From Gemmataceae bacterium (GTDB lineage: Bacteria; Planctomycetota; Planctomycetia; Gemmatales; Gemmataceae), in assembly GCA_046350195.1 (NCBI GenBank), contig JAXMAW010000028.1:25490-89489 (forward strand): a stretch of DNA of 64,000 nucleotides, given 5' to 3'. A program made the position numbers and the translations under genes. How positions within the stretch are numbered: position 1 is the first letter of the stretch; each line of letters starts with the position of its first letter. Shown here piece by piece: positions 47,075 to 54,721 of the stretch. The notes beneath the pieces were generated by a model, which worked only from the letters and a program-made list of their open reading frames with translations, did no database searches and had not been told where the DNA came from.

Positions 47075-48795
47075 AACCCCTCTTCACGCTCCTACTGGCG
47101 GGCGTCGTGGCGATCGCCGGGGCGTCGGCCGCCGCGCCGAACGCGGACGGCAAGCAAAGGCTTGTGTTCCTCTCGGACAAGGGCCCGATCGTGATCGAGC
47201 TGAACGTCCTGATCGACGGCAAGCCGTTCCGCGCGGCCCACGCCGCCTTCCTGGACGAGCTGTTCAAGGCGCTGGACAGGGACAAGGACGGCGTGCTGTC
47301 GAAGAAGGAGGCGGCGGGCGCCCCGTCGCCGCAGGTGCTGGCGGGGCCGGGCGGGTTCGGCGGCGTCCGCGTCAGCGGCAAGGGCCGCCAGCTCGGCGAC
47401 AAGGTCACGCCGAAGGACCTGGCGGCGTACTACACCAAGAATGGCCTGCCGCCGTTCAGCCTGAGCTTCACGCCGAAACAGGACGGCGTGATCGTGCTGA
47501 ACAACCTCGGCAAGGACGACGCCTCCGCCGACGCGATCAACGCCCGGCTGTTCGAGCTGCTCGACACCGACAAGGACGGCAAGCTCTCGAAGAAGGAGCT
47601 GCGCGCGGCCGCCACCATCCTGGGCAGGCTCGACGACGACGAGGACGAGATGCTGACGTCGGCCGAGCTGCAAGGCCGGGCCGCCCCCCGCGGCAGCGAT
47701 GACGAGGTGGAACTCGTTGTCGTCTCCGGCGCGACGGCCCCCGCCCCCGCCGACCGGCCCCTGTACGCGGTCGGCGCCGACGGGGTGACGCCGGACCTCG
47801 GCAAGCGGCTGCTCACGCGCTACGGGAAGAAGGGGGCGAAGTCGCTGACGCGGGAGCAGATCGGCCTGCCCGCCGGCGCCTTCGAGCGGCTCGACCGCGA
47901 CGAGGACGACCAGCTCGACGCCGACGAACTGGCCCGCGTCGGCACGCTGCCGCCGGCCGCCTCGTTCACGGTCCGGCTGGGCAAGCGAGCCGGCAAGGAG
48001 CCGATCGTCGAGGCCGGCCAGGCGAACGAGTGGGTGAGGGTGACGCCGTCCGGCGGCGGCGCCCTGCTGGAGGTGGGCAAGATCCAGCTGGAGCTGCGCG
48101 GGCCGAAGGAGGAGGACTTCAAGGTCAACGTCAACTTCAGTGTCCGCGAGCAGTACATCAACCAGTTCCGCATGGCCGACAAGGACAACAACGGCTACCT
48201 GGACCGGGAGGAGGCGAAGGGTAGTCCTTTGCTCAGCAACCTCTTCGCGGCGATGGACGAGGACGGCGACGGGCAGCTGTTCGAGAAGGAGATGCTGGCC
48301 TACGTCGATCGCGTCGAGGGGCTGCGCAAGCGGGCGAGCCAGAGCTGCCTGACGCTGAGCGTGAGGGACGACGGCAAGGGCCTGTTCGAGCTGCTCGACC
48401 TGGACGGCGACGGCCGGCTCAGCGTCCGCGAGCTGCGCCAGGCCGCGAGGCTGCTGGACAAGCTCGACGCCGACAAGGACGGCCATCTGGCGAAGGCCGA
48501 GGTGCCGAAGCGCTACAAGGGCTCGTTCGACCTCGGCTCGTCGTCGGGCGGTAACGGCGGCCGCAACGTGGTCGTGTTCCGCGCCGGCATGGAGGCCCCG
48601 ACCGGCCCGGCGGCGAAGACGAAGGGCCCGCTGTGGTTCCGCAAGATGGACCGCAACCGCGACGGCGACGTGTCGCTGAAGGAGTGGCTGGGCACCGAGG
48701 ACGAGTTCCGCGCCGCCGACGCCGACGGCGACGGCCTCATCAGCGCCGCGGAGGCGGAGCGATACGATAAGCGGAAGCGAGCGACTGAGGAGTGA
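47071..48795 (+). CDS. secreted protein with 9 EF-hand Ca-binding loops
   Basis: The ATG overlaps the DUF1501 stop (ATGA). Signal peptide MKPLFTLLLAGVVAIAGASAA. Loops DRDKDGVLSKKE, DTDKDGKLSKKE, DRDEDDQLDADE, DKDNNGYLDREE, DEDGDGQLFEKE, DLDGDGRLSVRE, DADKDGHLAKAE, DRNRDGDVSLKE, DADGDGLISAAE. Confidence 0.88.
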   Translation: MKPLFTLLLAGVVAIAGASAAAPNADGKQRLVFLSDKGPIVIELNVLIDGKPFRAAHAAFLDELFKALDRDKDGVLSKKEAAGAPSPQVLAGPGGFGGVRVSGKGRQLGDKVTPKDLAAYYTKNGLPPFSLSFTPKQDGVIVLNNLGKDDASADAINARLFELLDTDKDGKLSKKELRAAATILGRLDDDEDEMLTSAELQGRAAPRGSDDEVELVVVSGATAPAPADRPLYAVGADGVTPDLGKRLLTRYGKKGAKSLTREQIGLPAGAFERLDRDEDDQLDADELARVGTLPPAASFTVRLGKRAGKEPIVEAGQANEWVRVTPSGGGALLEVGKIQLELRGPKEEDFKVNVNFSVREQYINQFRMADKDNNGYLDREEAKGSPLLSNLFAAMDEDGDGQLFEKEMLAYVDRVEGLRKRASQSCLTLSVRDDGKGLFELLDLDGDGRLSVRELRQAARLLDKLDADKDGHLAKAEVPKRYKGSFDLGSSSGGNGGRNVVVFRAGMEAPTGPAAKTKGPLWFRKMDRNRDGDVSLKEWLGTEDEFRAADADGDGLISAAEAERYDKRKRATEE

Positions 48796-48811
48796 AATGG
48801 GTGTGAGCGAT

Positions 48812-48858
48812 CGTGGTGACCAGCCGGAGGGGATTAATACCACCGGCTGGTCACCACG
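48812..48858. terminator. 16-bp perfect hairpin between convergent genes
   Basis: CGTGGTGACCAGCCGG, loop AGGGGATTAATACCA, CCGGCTGGTCACCACG. Confidence 0.65.
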
Positions 48859-48863
48859 ACGAT

Positions 48864-49121
48864 TCACCCGGCCTGCTGGAGTTTGGCGGCGAACACCGAT
48901 GGGGCTGCGAGGCCGAAGTTATCCAGCTCGATCCGCACGGCGGCGACGTGATGCTCGAACGCCTTCTCGCCGTCTGTCACGTCAGGCAGCATGATGAACG
49001 CGCCGGATTCCCTGTGTTCGTAAACGCGGCCCGGCGGGTCATGTTCGGCCGGCCGACAGGAGAAGCCGAGCGATCGCAACACGCTGTCCAGTTGGCCGTA
49101 AGTCACGGCGGTTCGTTTCAT
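48864..49121 (-). CDS. hypothetical protein, 85 aa
   Basis: Intact ORF in a lower-GC stretch (MKRTAVTYGQLDSVLRSLGFSCRP..). No confident family assignment. Confidence 0.55.
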   Translation of the reverse strand: MKRTAVTYGQLDSVLRSLGFSCRPAEHDPPGRVYEHRESGAFIMLPDVTDGEKAFEHHVAAVRIELDNFGLAAPSVFAAKLQQAG

Positions 49122-49245
49122 GTGCTACCCTCCACTTCTCTTGCCCCAAAGCCGCATGCTTGAGGCCGCGAATGATCGCGACGGCTCGGGCGTTCATCGG
49201 CTGGCGTCTGGGGACTCGAACCCTCTCGGTGGGTGATCGACCCTG

Positions 49246-49593
49246 CTATCCCTCAAACCGCTCTCCGACCTGCGGGTCGAACAGCTTGGCCCCGAATTCC
49301 GCCCCGATGTCGATGAAGAGGTTGACCACCTCGCCAGGTAGGCCGTAGCAATCAACCCGAAAGTGCTGCGGCCCGAGTTCGACCAGGAACGCCCCTTGTG
49401 ATCGCTCCCAGTTGAGTTCGTCAAGTCGCACCCAGCCGTCCTTGAACATCTCGGCGACGCGCCCCAGGATGCGATCACCTGGGAGTTTCTCCAGACCCGC
49501 CACCTGCTCCCCCTCCATCAACTGCTCGTAGATTGGCAGCGGATCGGCCGGGTTGCCAGGAGACTGTTTCCAGAAGACCAGTTCGTAACTCAT
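49246..49593 (-). CDS. hypothetical protein, 115 aa, 20 nt downstream of the methyltransferase
   Basis: MSYELVFWKQSPGNPADPLPIYEQLMEGE.. GGAAAGGGGA lies before ATG 49593. Lower G+C. Confidence 0.6.
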   Translation of the reverse strand: MSYELVFWKQSPGNPADPLPIYEQLMEGEQVAGLEKLPGDRILGRVAEMFKDGWVRLDELNWERSQGAFLVELGPQHFRVDCYGLPGEVVNLFIDIGAEFGAKLFDPQVGERFEG

Positions 49594-49613
49594 AGGTCCC
49601 CTTTCCCAATTTC

Positions 49614-51170
49614 TCATCCCAGCAGCACCATCGACCGCGCCAGCCGCGCCAGGCTCTCGACCAGCTCCTCCCGTAGCGCCGCCCGCACCTCCGCCGCTTC
49701 GCCCAGCTCGCGGCCGTCGCGCTTCAGGCCGATCTCGCCCGCCGCGACCAGCGCCGCCAGCCCCTCGACGATCGCGGCCCGGTCGCGCTCCCCGTCGCAC
49801 AGCGACAGCACGGCGCGGTCGAACACGGCCAGCTCCACCGTCTTGTGCCGGAGGTTCGTCACCCGCGCCCCGGTGCGCGCTTGCAGGCGCGTTAGCGCCG
49901 TCGCCCGCGGCCGGTCGCCCGGCGACAGTGTGAACGGCGTCAGGTGCGTGTGCAGGCCGACCAGGCCCGACAGGTAGAGGTGGACCAGCGACCTCGCCAG
50001 CATGCCGCGGCCCGGCTCGTCGTCGGCGCCGCCCAGCCGGTCGCGCACCGCCGACCACAGCTCGTCGAAGCGGAACGGCCGCGGCCACTGCTCGAACAGC
50101 GTCACCAGCGCCGCCTTGGCGAACGGCACGTTCGTCGAGACGGTCGAGCCGGCGTCGTTGACGAACTCCTCCACCTTGTCCGAGTTTACCTCCGGCCGCT
50201 CCGACACCGGCTTCGCCAGCCCCGCCGCCAGCAGCGATTCGACCACCCCCGGCCCCGGCATCCGGCTCAGCGGCACGTCGTCCCGAACGAGCAGCGTGCG
50301 GCGGAAGGTGCGGTTCTTCAAAAAGTCGAGGTACTGCTCCAGCTCGAGCAGGTCCGCCGAGAGGCCGCGCAGCACCTTTTGCACCTCGGGGGGGTAGACC
50401 GACAGGCTCGTGTGCAGCTCCGCCTCGCCGAGGTATTGCAGCCCGTGCCGTTTGGCGTGGCCCATGAAGTCGGTGAAGTAAACCGGGTGGTTTTCCGATT
50501 CGAGGTGCTCGTGGAAGACATAGTAATCGCCTTCCGGGCGGATCAGGTCCGCCTCGTCCTTGAGCACCTTGGCCCAGCTGCCGTCGCGGTCGGGGGTGCT
50601 CTCCTCGATGAAGTCGAGGACCAGCCTGGCGTGCTGGACCTTCGCCTCGGCCCCGTCCAGGTCGCGGGTGTGGAACTTCATCAGGTCGCGCACGCCGGCC
50701 CGCAGATACCACCCCGGGTAGGTGTTGTAGCTGACGTAGGCCACCCCCTGCGGGGCCAGGTTCGCCCGGCACACCGCCAGGATCTTGTCGCGCACCTCGG
50801 CCGGCACCCACGAGTAGACGCCGTGCGCGATGACGTAGTCGAACTCGCCGAACGACGGCTCGACGTCGAGGATGCCGCGGGCCTCCAGCCGCAGGTTGCT
50901 CAGTTCCAGCGCCGCGGCGACCTTCCGGCCCATCTCGATCTGCCGCTGGGACAGGTCAATGCCGACGAAGCTCGCCCCCGGCAGCGCCGCGGCCAGCGGC
51001 AGCAGGTTGCCGCCGGTCGAGCAGCCCAGTTCCAGGACCCGGCAGCGCTCGACGGGCGCCGGCGTCATGCCCAGCAGCCGGGCCAGCGTGGCCAGGCAGT
51101 CGGGGTGGGTCGCGTAGCGCGGCCGGGAGTCGTAGGGGACCTCGTCGTAGCTCGTTGCGGCGGAAGGCAT
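49614..51170 (-). CDS. class I SAM-dependent methyltransferase with C-terminal methyltransferase-regulatory-type domain
   Basis: YDEVPYDSRPRYATHPDCLATLARLLGM, RVLELGCSTGGNLLPLA (motif I), DYVIAHGVYSWVP, YLDFLKNRTFRRTLL. Confidence 0.88.
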   Translation of the reverse strand: MPSAATSYDEVPYDSRPRYATHPDCLATLARLLGMTPAPVERCRVLELGCSTGGNLLPLAAALPGASFVGIDLSQRQIEMGRKVAAALELSNLRLEARGILDVEPSFGEFDYVIAHGVYSWVPAEVRDKILAVCRANLAPQGVAYVSYNTYPGWYLRAGVRDLMKFHTRDLDGAEAKVQHARLVLDFIEESTPDRDGSWAKVLKDEADLIRPEGDYYVFHEHLESENHPVYFTDFMGHAKRHGLQYLGEAELHTSLSVYPPEVQKVLRGLSADLLELEQYLDFLKNRTFRRTLLVRDDVPLSRMPGPGVVESLLAAGLAKPVSERPEVNSDKVEEFVNDAGSTVSTNVPFAKAALVTLFEQWPRPFRFDELWSAVRDRLGGADDEPGRGMLARSLVHLYLSGLVGLHTHLTPFTLSPGDRPRATALTRLQARTGARVTNLRHKTVELAVFDRAVLSLCDGERDRAAIVEGLAALVAAGEIGLKRDGRELGEAAEVRAALREELVESLARLARSMVLLG

Positions 51171-51276
51171 GGCCTCTCCAACGAATGTCCGGGCGAAGAC
51201 ATTCTACGGCTGATGGGGGGCTTGTTCGCCTTCGCCGGCCGGCTACAACACACCTGCCCCTCGGCGGAGGCACCCG

Positions 51277-51819
51277 ATGCGACGCCCTTTCGTCTGGCTG
51301 CTCCTCGGCGTCGCCGTGTGCTGCCTGGCGGCGCTCCTGCCCTCGCGGCAAGGGCAGGGGAGCCCTTCCGCCACTCCGCCGCCGACCGTCCCCTACGAGA
51401 AGCACTACGTCACCCCGCGGCAGCTCACCGCCGCCGGGTCGCTCGCCGACCGCCGAGTCGAGCGGTTCGCCACCGACCGGCCCACCGCCTTGCTCTTCCT
51501 CAAACAGGGCTGTCCCTGCAACGACGACTTCGCGCCGTTCTGGCGGCGCCTCCAGCAGGCCTACGGCGACCGCCTCGCCTTCGTCACCGTCACCGACGAC
51601 GATCGAGAGGCAATCCGCCTGTTTGAGGTTGAAAATAGCGGTTATCTGATTCTCCTCCGGCCCGACGGCACGGTCGATGCCGCCTGGCCGGGCTGGTCGC
51701 GCGAGATGTTCGAGCAGGTCCACCAGCGCGCCGCCGCGCTGGCCGGCGTCGCCGCCGCGCCGCCCGACCTCGACGGCCTGCCGCACGCCCTCACCACCGG
51801 TTGCCCCTACGAGAAGTAA
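51277..51819 (+). CDS. exported thioredoxin-fold protein (CPC motif)
   Basis: Signal/anchor MRRPFVWLLLGVAVCCLAALL. TALLFLKQGCPCNDDFAPFWRRL. LILLRPDGTV. Confidence 0.7.
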   Translation: MRRPFVWLLLGVAVCCLAALLPSRQGQGSPSATPPPTVPYEKHYVTPRQLTAAGSLADRRVERFATDRPTALLFLKQGCPCNDDFAPFWRRLQQAYGDRLAFVTVTDDDREAIRLFEVENSGYLILLRPDGTVDAAWPGWSREMFEQVHQRAAALAGVAAAPPDLDGLPHALTTGCPYEK

Positions 51820-51836
51820 CCAGCGAGGTAACTGCC

Positions 51837-53396
51837 ATGCCAGACGGCGTCTCGCGGCGGGACATCCTGAAGTACACGGCGGCCGGCCTGGCCGGCGCGG
51901 CCATCGCCAAGGGCGTCGATTACCTCGGCGTGCCCGGCCTCAACGCCCGCCAGGAGGGCACCAAGGCCCCGTCGCTGGGCAAGCTCGGCCGGTTCCTGTA
52001 CCTGTCGCCGCAGAAGCTCGGCGGCGGCACGCACGTCGTCGATATGGACGCGAACAGGACGCTCGCCTGGATCTCGTACTGGAACTACGGCGACACCTGC
52101 CCGATCTCGCACCACCTCGCCGCCTACCCGTCGCCCGACCCGTACAAGGGGTTCGAGTTCGTCAACTCGACCCAGGGCGGCGACAACGTGATGATCTACG
52201 GCCTGCCCACGCAGATCAAGAAGCTCGGCCTGCTCGAGCCGTGGTACGGCCAGGGCAACCGCATCTACCGCGTCCGCTTCGACGGCCAGCAGATGAACCT
52301 CGTCGAGGACGTCTCCGACACGACCGGCATCGGCCTCGGAGTCCATACCACGATCTACCCCGACGCCAACGGCTTCGCCTGCGCCGACGGCCAGAAGGAC
52401 CTCGCGGCCTTCTTCAACCGCCCGAAAGACCGCGAGAAGACCAAGGTGCTGATGGCCTACCGCGCCGACTGGGTCCCGAAGAACAAGGAGTCGCTGGAGC
52501 GCAACTGGCGGGACGGCGGCACGCTGCGCTTCCAGCGGCTGACTCAGCCCAAGGAGACCGGCAAGTACGATTACCAGGGCACCAAGGGCAACAAGATCAA
52601 CTGGGAAATGGTGCCCATGGCGGAGAACCTGGTCGAGAAGGGGATGATCCCCGGCGACAACCCGAAAGGGCTGGCCGGCCTCGACGGCGTCGTCCACCAC
52701 CCCGGCAACCGCTACTCGGCGATGATCCTGCGCATGCTCGCCAGCGCCTTGATCCTCGACCGCCAGACGTGGGAGCCGGTCTGCCTGCTGCACGCCCCGG
52801 AAGGCTCGCCGGACAACGTCCCGATCCGGAAGGTCGCCAGCGGGCCGGACACGTGGGAAGCAGACTTTAAAGATGTCAAATGCGTGGCCCACGAGTGCGG
52901 CTTCTCGCCCGACGGCAAGCACTTCACGCTGATGGCGAACATCCAGCAGAACTACATGCCCGTCTGGGACACCTCCGACGACGACCCGCGCAGGTGGAAG
53001 CGCGTCGCCGGCGTGAAGGACCCGTCGTGGAAGGGCGAGTACCCCAGCCCGTTCCACGTCGCCTTCTCGATGGACGGCAGCAAGATGTTCGTATCCGTGC
53101 TGCACCCGAAACCCGCCAACAGCGAGGTGGTGGCGGTCGATACGAAGACGTGGAAGATCATCAAGAAGTTCGAGAACGTCGGGCCCGACTGCCAGACGAT
53201 GGCGGTGACCTACGACGGCAAGTACGTCTTGCAGATCTTCTCGGGCTTCCAAAGGCTCTCCAGCGGTCTGTTCGTGTTCACCCAGGACACGCTGGAGCCG
53301 GTGGGCTACCAGCCGAACTTCGGCGGCCACCACGACTGCGTCATCGTGCCGGCCAAGGTCGAGCACCTGCGCAACAGCCGCTGCACGACGGTATGA
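51837..53396 (+). CDS. Tat-exported His-rich beta-propeller protein; candidate NosZ-N-domain / thiocyanate-dehydrogenase-like copper enzyme (function unproven)
   Basis: GAGG lies 8 nt before the ATG. SRRDILKYTAAGLAGAAIA (twin-arginine signal). His pairs CPISHHLAAYP, GVVHHPGNRY, FGGHHDCVIVP. Repetitive beta-strand and turn pattern. No cupredoxin domain. Confidence 0.9.
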   Translation: MPDGVSRRDILKYTAAGLAGAAIAKGVDYLGVPGLNARQEGTKAPSLGKLGRFLYLSPQKLGGGTHVVDMDANRTLAWISYWNYGDTCPISHHLAAYPSPDPYKGFEFVNSTQGGDNVMIYGLPTQIKKLGLLEPWYGQGNRIYRVRFDGQQMNLVEDVSDTTGIGLGVHTTIYPDANGFACADGQKDLAAFFNRPKDREKTKVLMAYRADWVPKNKESLERNWRDGGTLRFQRLTQPKETGKYDYQGTKGNKINWEMVPMAENLVEKGMIPGDNPKGLAGLDGVVHHPGNRYSAMILRMLASALILDRQTWEPVCLLHAPEGSPDNVPIRKVASGPDTWEADFKDVKCVAHECGFSPDGKHFTLMANIQQNYMPVWDTSDDDPRRWKRVAGVKDPSWKGEYPSPFHVAFSMDGSKMFVSVLHPKPANSEVVAVDTKTWKIIKKFENVGPDCQTMAVTYDGKYVLQIFSGFQRLSSGLFVFTQDTLEPVGYQPNFGGHHDCVIVPAKVEHLRNSRCTTV

Positions 53397-53420
53397 CGTC
53401 TCATCTCTGCACGGATCTGG

Positions 53421-53523
53421 CGAGCCGCGCACGAAGTAAGCGGTCAGGTCAGTATCAGCGGCCTCGCTTGGCGCTCTGCCCAGGGGAGCGCCTCCGCACC
53501 CCGCTTACTTCGTGCGCGGCTCG
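53421..53523 (+). promoter_or_regulatory. 23-bp perfect inverted repeat with a nested hairpin in the 139-nt spacer before the ABC permease gene
   Basis: CGAGCCGCGCACGAAGTAAGCGG (53421-43) pairs with CCGCTTACTTCGTGCGCGGCTCG (53501-23). The 57-nt loop contains GGCGCTC..GAGCGCC. The 3' arm ends 12 nt before ATG 53536. Confidence 0.8.
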
Positions 53524-53535
53524 CCGGGGGCACCG

Positions 53536-54720
53536 ATGAACCGCGCCACTCTTTTACCGCGCCTCGCCGCCCAGAACCTCGGCCGGCGGCCGGCGCGGAC
53601 GGCGCTGTCGGCGCTGGCCGTGGCGGTGGCCATCGCCGCGGTCTTCACCACGCTCGTCGTGCGCCGGGGGCTGTCCGAAGGCCTGGCCGCCGGCTTCGGC
53701 CGCATGGGCGCCGACCTGCTGATCGTGCCGCGGCAGACCCTGGTCAACCTCACGCCGGCGCTGCTCACCGCCGAGCCGACGCCGCACACGCTGGACGCAG
53801 GGCTGATCGACGTCGTCGCGAAGTTGCCGGGCGTCGAGCGCGTGGCGGCGCAGCGGACTCACCGCGTCGAGCTGCCCGGGCGCGGCCACTCTCACGCCGT
53901 CGATCTCGCCTCGTTCGACCCGCGCTCCGACTTCACCGTCCTGCCGTGGGTCGTCGAGAAGCTCGACCGGCCGATGCGCCCCGGCGACCGGATCGTCGGG
54001 GCGCGACGTGACGAGAAGGTGGACAGCGAGCTTTCTCTGTTCGGCCAGACGCTCACCGTGTACGCCAAGCTGGGGCTGACCGGCGTCGGGCCGTACGACC
54101 GCGCCGTCTTCGTCACGCCGGACACGTTTGAGCAGCTCACCGACGCCGGGGCCGCCCAGGCGTCGGCGCTGTTAGTGCGGCTGCGCGTCGGGGCGAAGGC
54201 CGAGGAGGTGCGCTTCGCGCTGGCGGATAACTCCGAGGTGAAGGTCGTCGCCGGGCCGTCGCTGTTCACGTCGGCCCGGCAGACGCTGACGGCGCTCCAA
54301 TCGGGAGCGCTGTTCTTCACGGCCCTTCTGATCCTCGCCAGCGTGCTGATGGTGAGCGTTGTGTTCTCCGCGGTGCTCGCCGAGCGGCGGCGCGAGCTGG
54401 GCCTGCTCCTCGCCGTCGGGGCGAAGCCGCGGCAGCTGCGTCGCCTGGTGCTTGCCGAGGCGGTGATGACGACCGGGCTAGGCGGCATCGTCGGCCTGAT
54501 GCTCGGCGCGGGATTCGTGCTCCTGTTCTACCGCTCGCTCGGCTACTACTTTGAGACGGTCGCCGCCCCGGTCGGCTGGCCGCCTCCCGAGACGCTGGCC
54601 CTGTTCGCCGGGGGTTGCGTTGCGCTGGCGGGCGCCATCGGGCTGGCCGGGGCCGCCGTGCCGGCCTGGCGCGCCAGCCGAGAGGAGCCTTACGTGCTGA
54701 TGCGGTCGGAGGGCAACTGA
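53536..54720 (+). CDS. FtsX/MacB-type ABC transporter permease
   Basis: LAAQNLGRRPARTALSALAVAVAIAAVF (TM1), a large periplasmic loop, and three C-terminal TM helices (LFFTALLILASVLMV.., AVMTTGLGGIVGLMLG.., LFAGGCVALAGAIGLAG). Confidence 0.85.
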   Translation: MNRATLLPRLAAQNLGRRPARTALSALAVAVAIAAVFTTLVVRRGLSEGLAAGFGRMGADLLIVPRQTLVNLTPALLTAEPTPHTLDAGLIDVVAKLPGVERVAAQRTHRVELPGRGHSHAVDLASFDPRSDFTVLPWVVEKLDRPMRPGDRIVGARRDEKVDSELSLFGQTLTVYAKLGLTGVGPYDRAVFVTPDTFEQLTDAGAAQASALLVRLRVGAKAEEVRFALADNSEVKVVAGPSLFTSARQTLTALQSGALFFTALLILASVLMVSVVFSAVLAERRRELGLLLAVGAKPRQLRRLVLAEAVMTTGLGGIVGLMLGAGFVLLFYRSLGYYFETVAAPVGWPPPETLALFAGGCVALAGAIGLAGAAVPAWRASREEPYVLMRSEGN

Positions 54721-54721
54721 C

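Noticed and set aside
49195-49245. tRNA T-arm-like string (minus sense GAGGGTTCGAGTCCCCAGACGCCAG), a possible tRNA gene or attachment-site remnant.
   Set aside because: Only 3 of 5 T-stem pairs form, and I could fold no acceptor, D or anticodon arms. At most it is a degenerate fragment.
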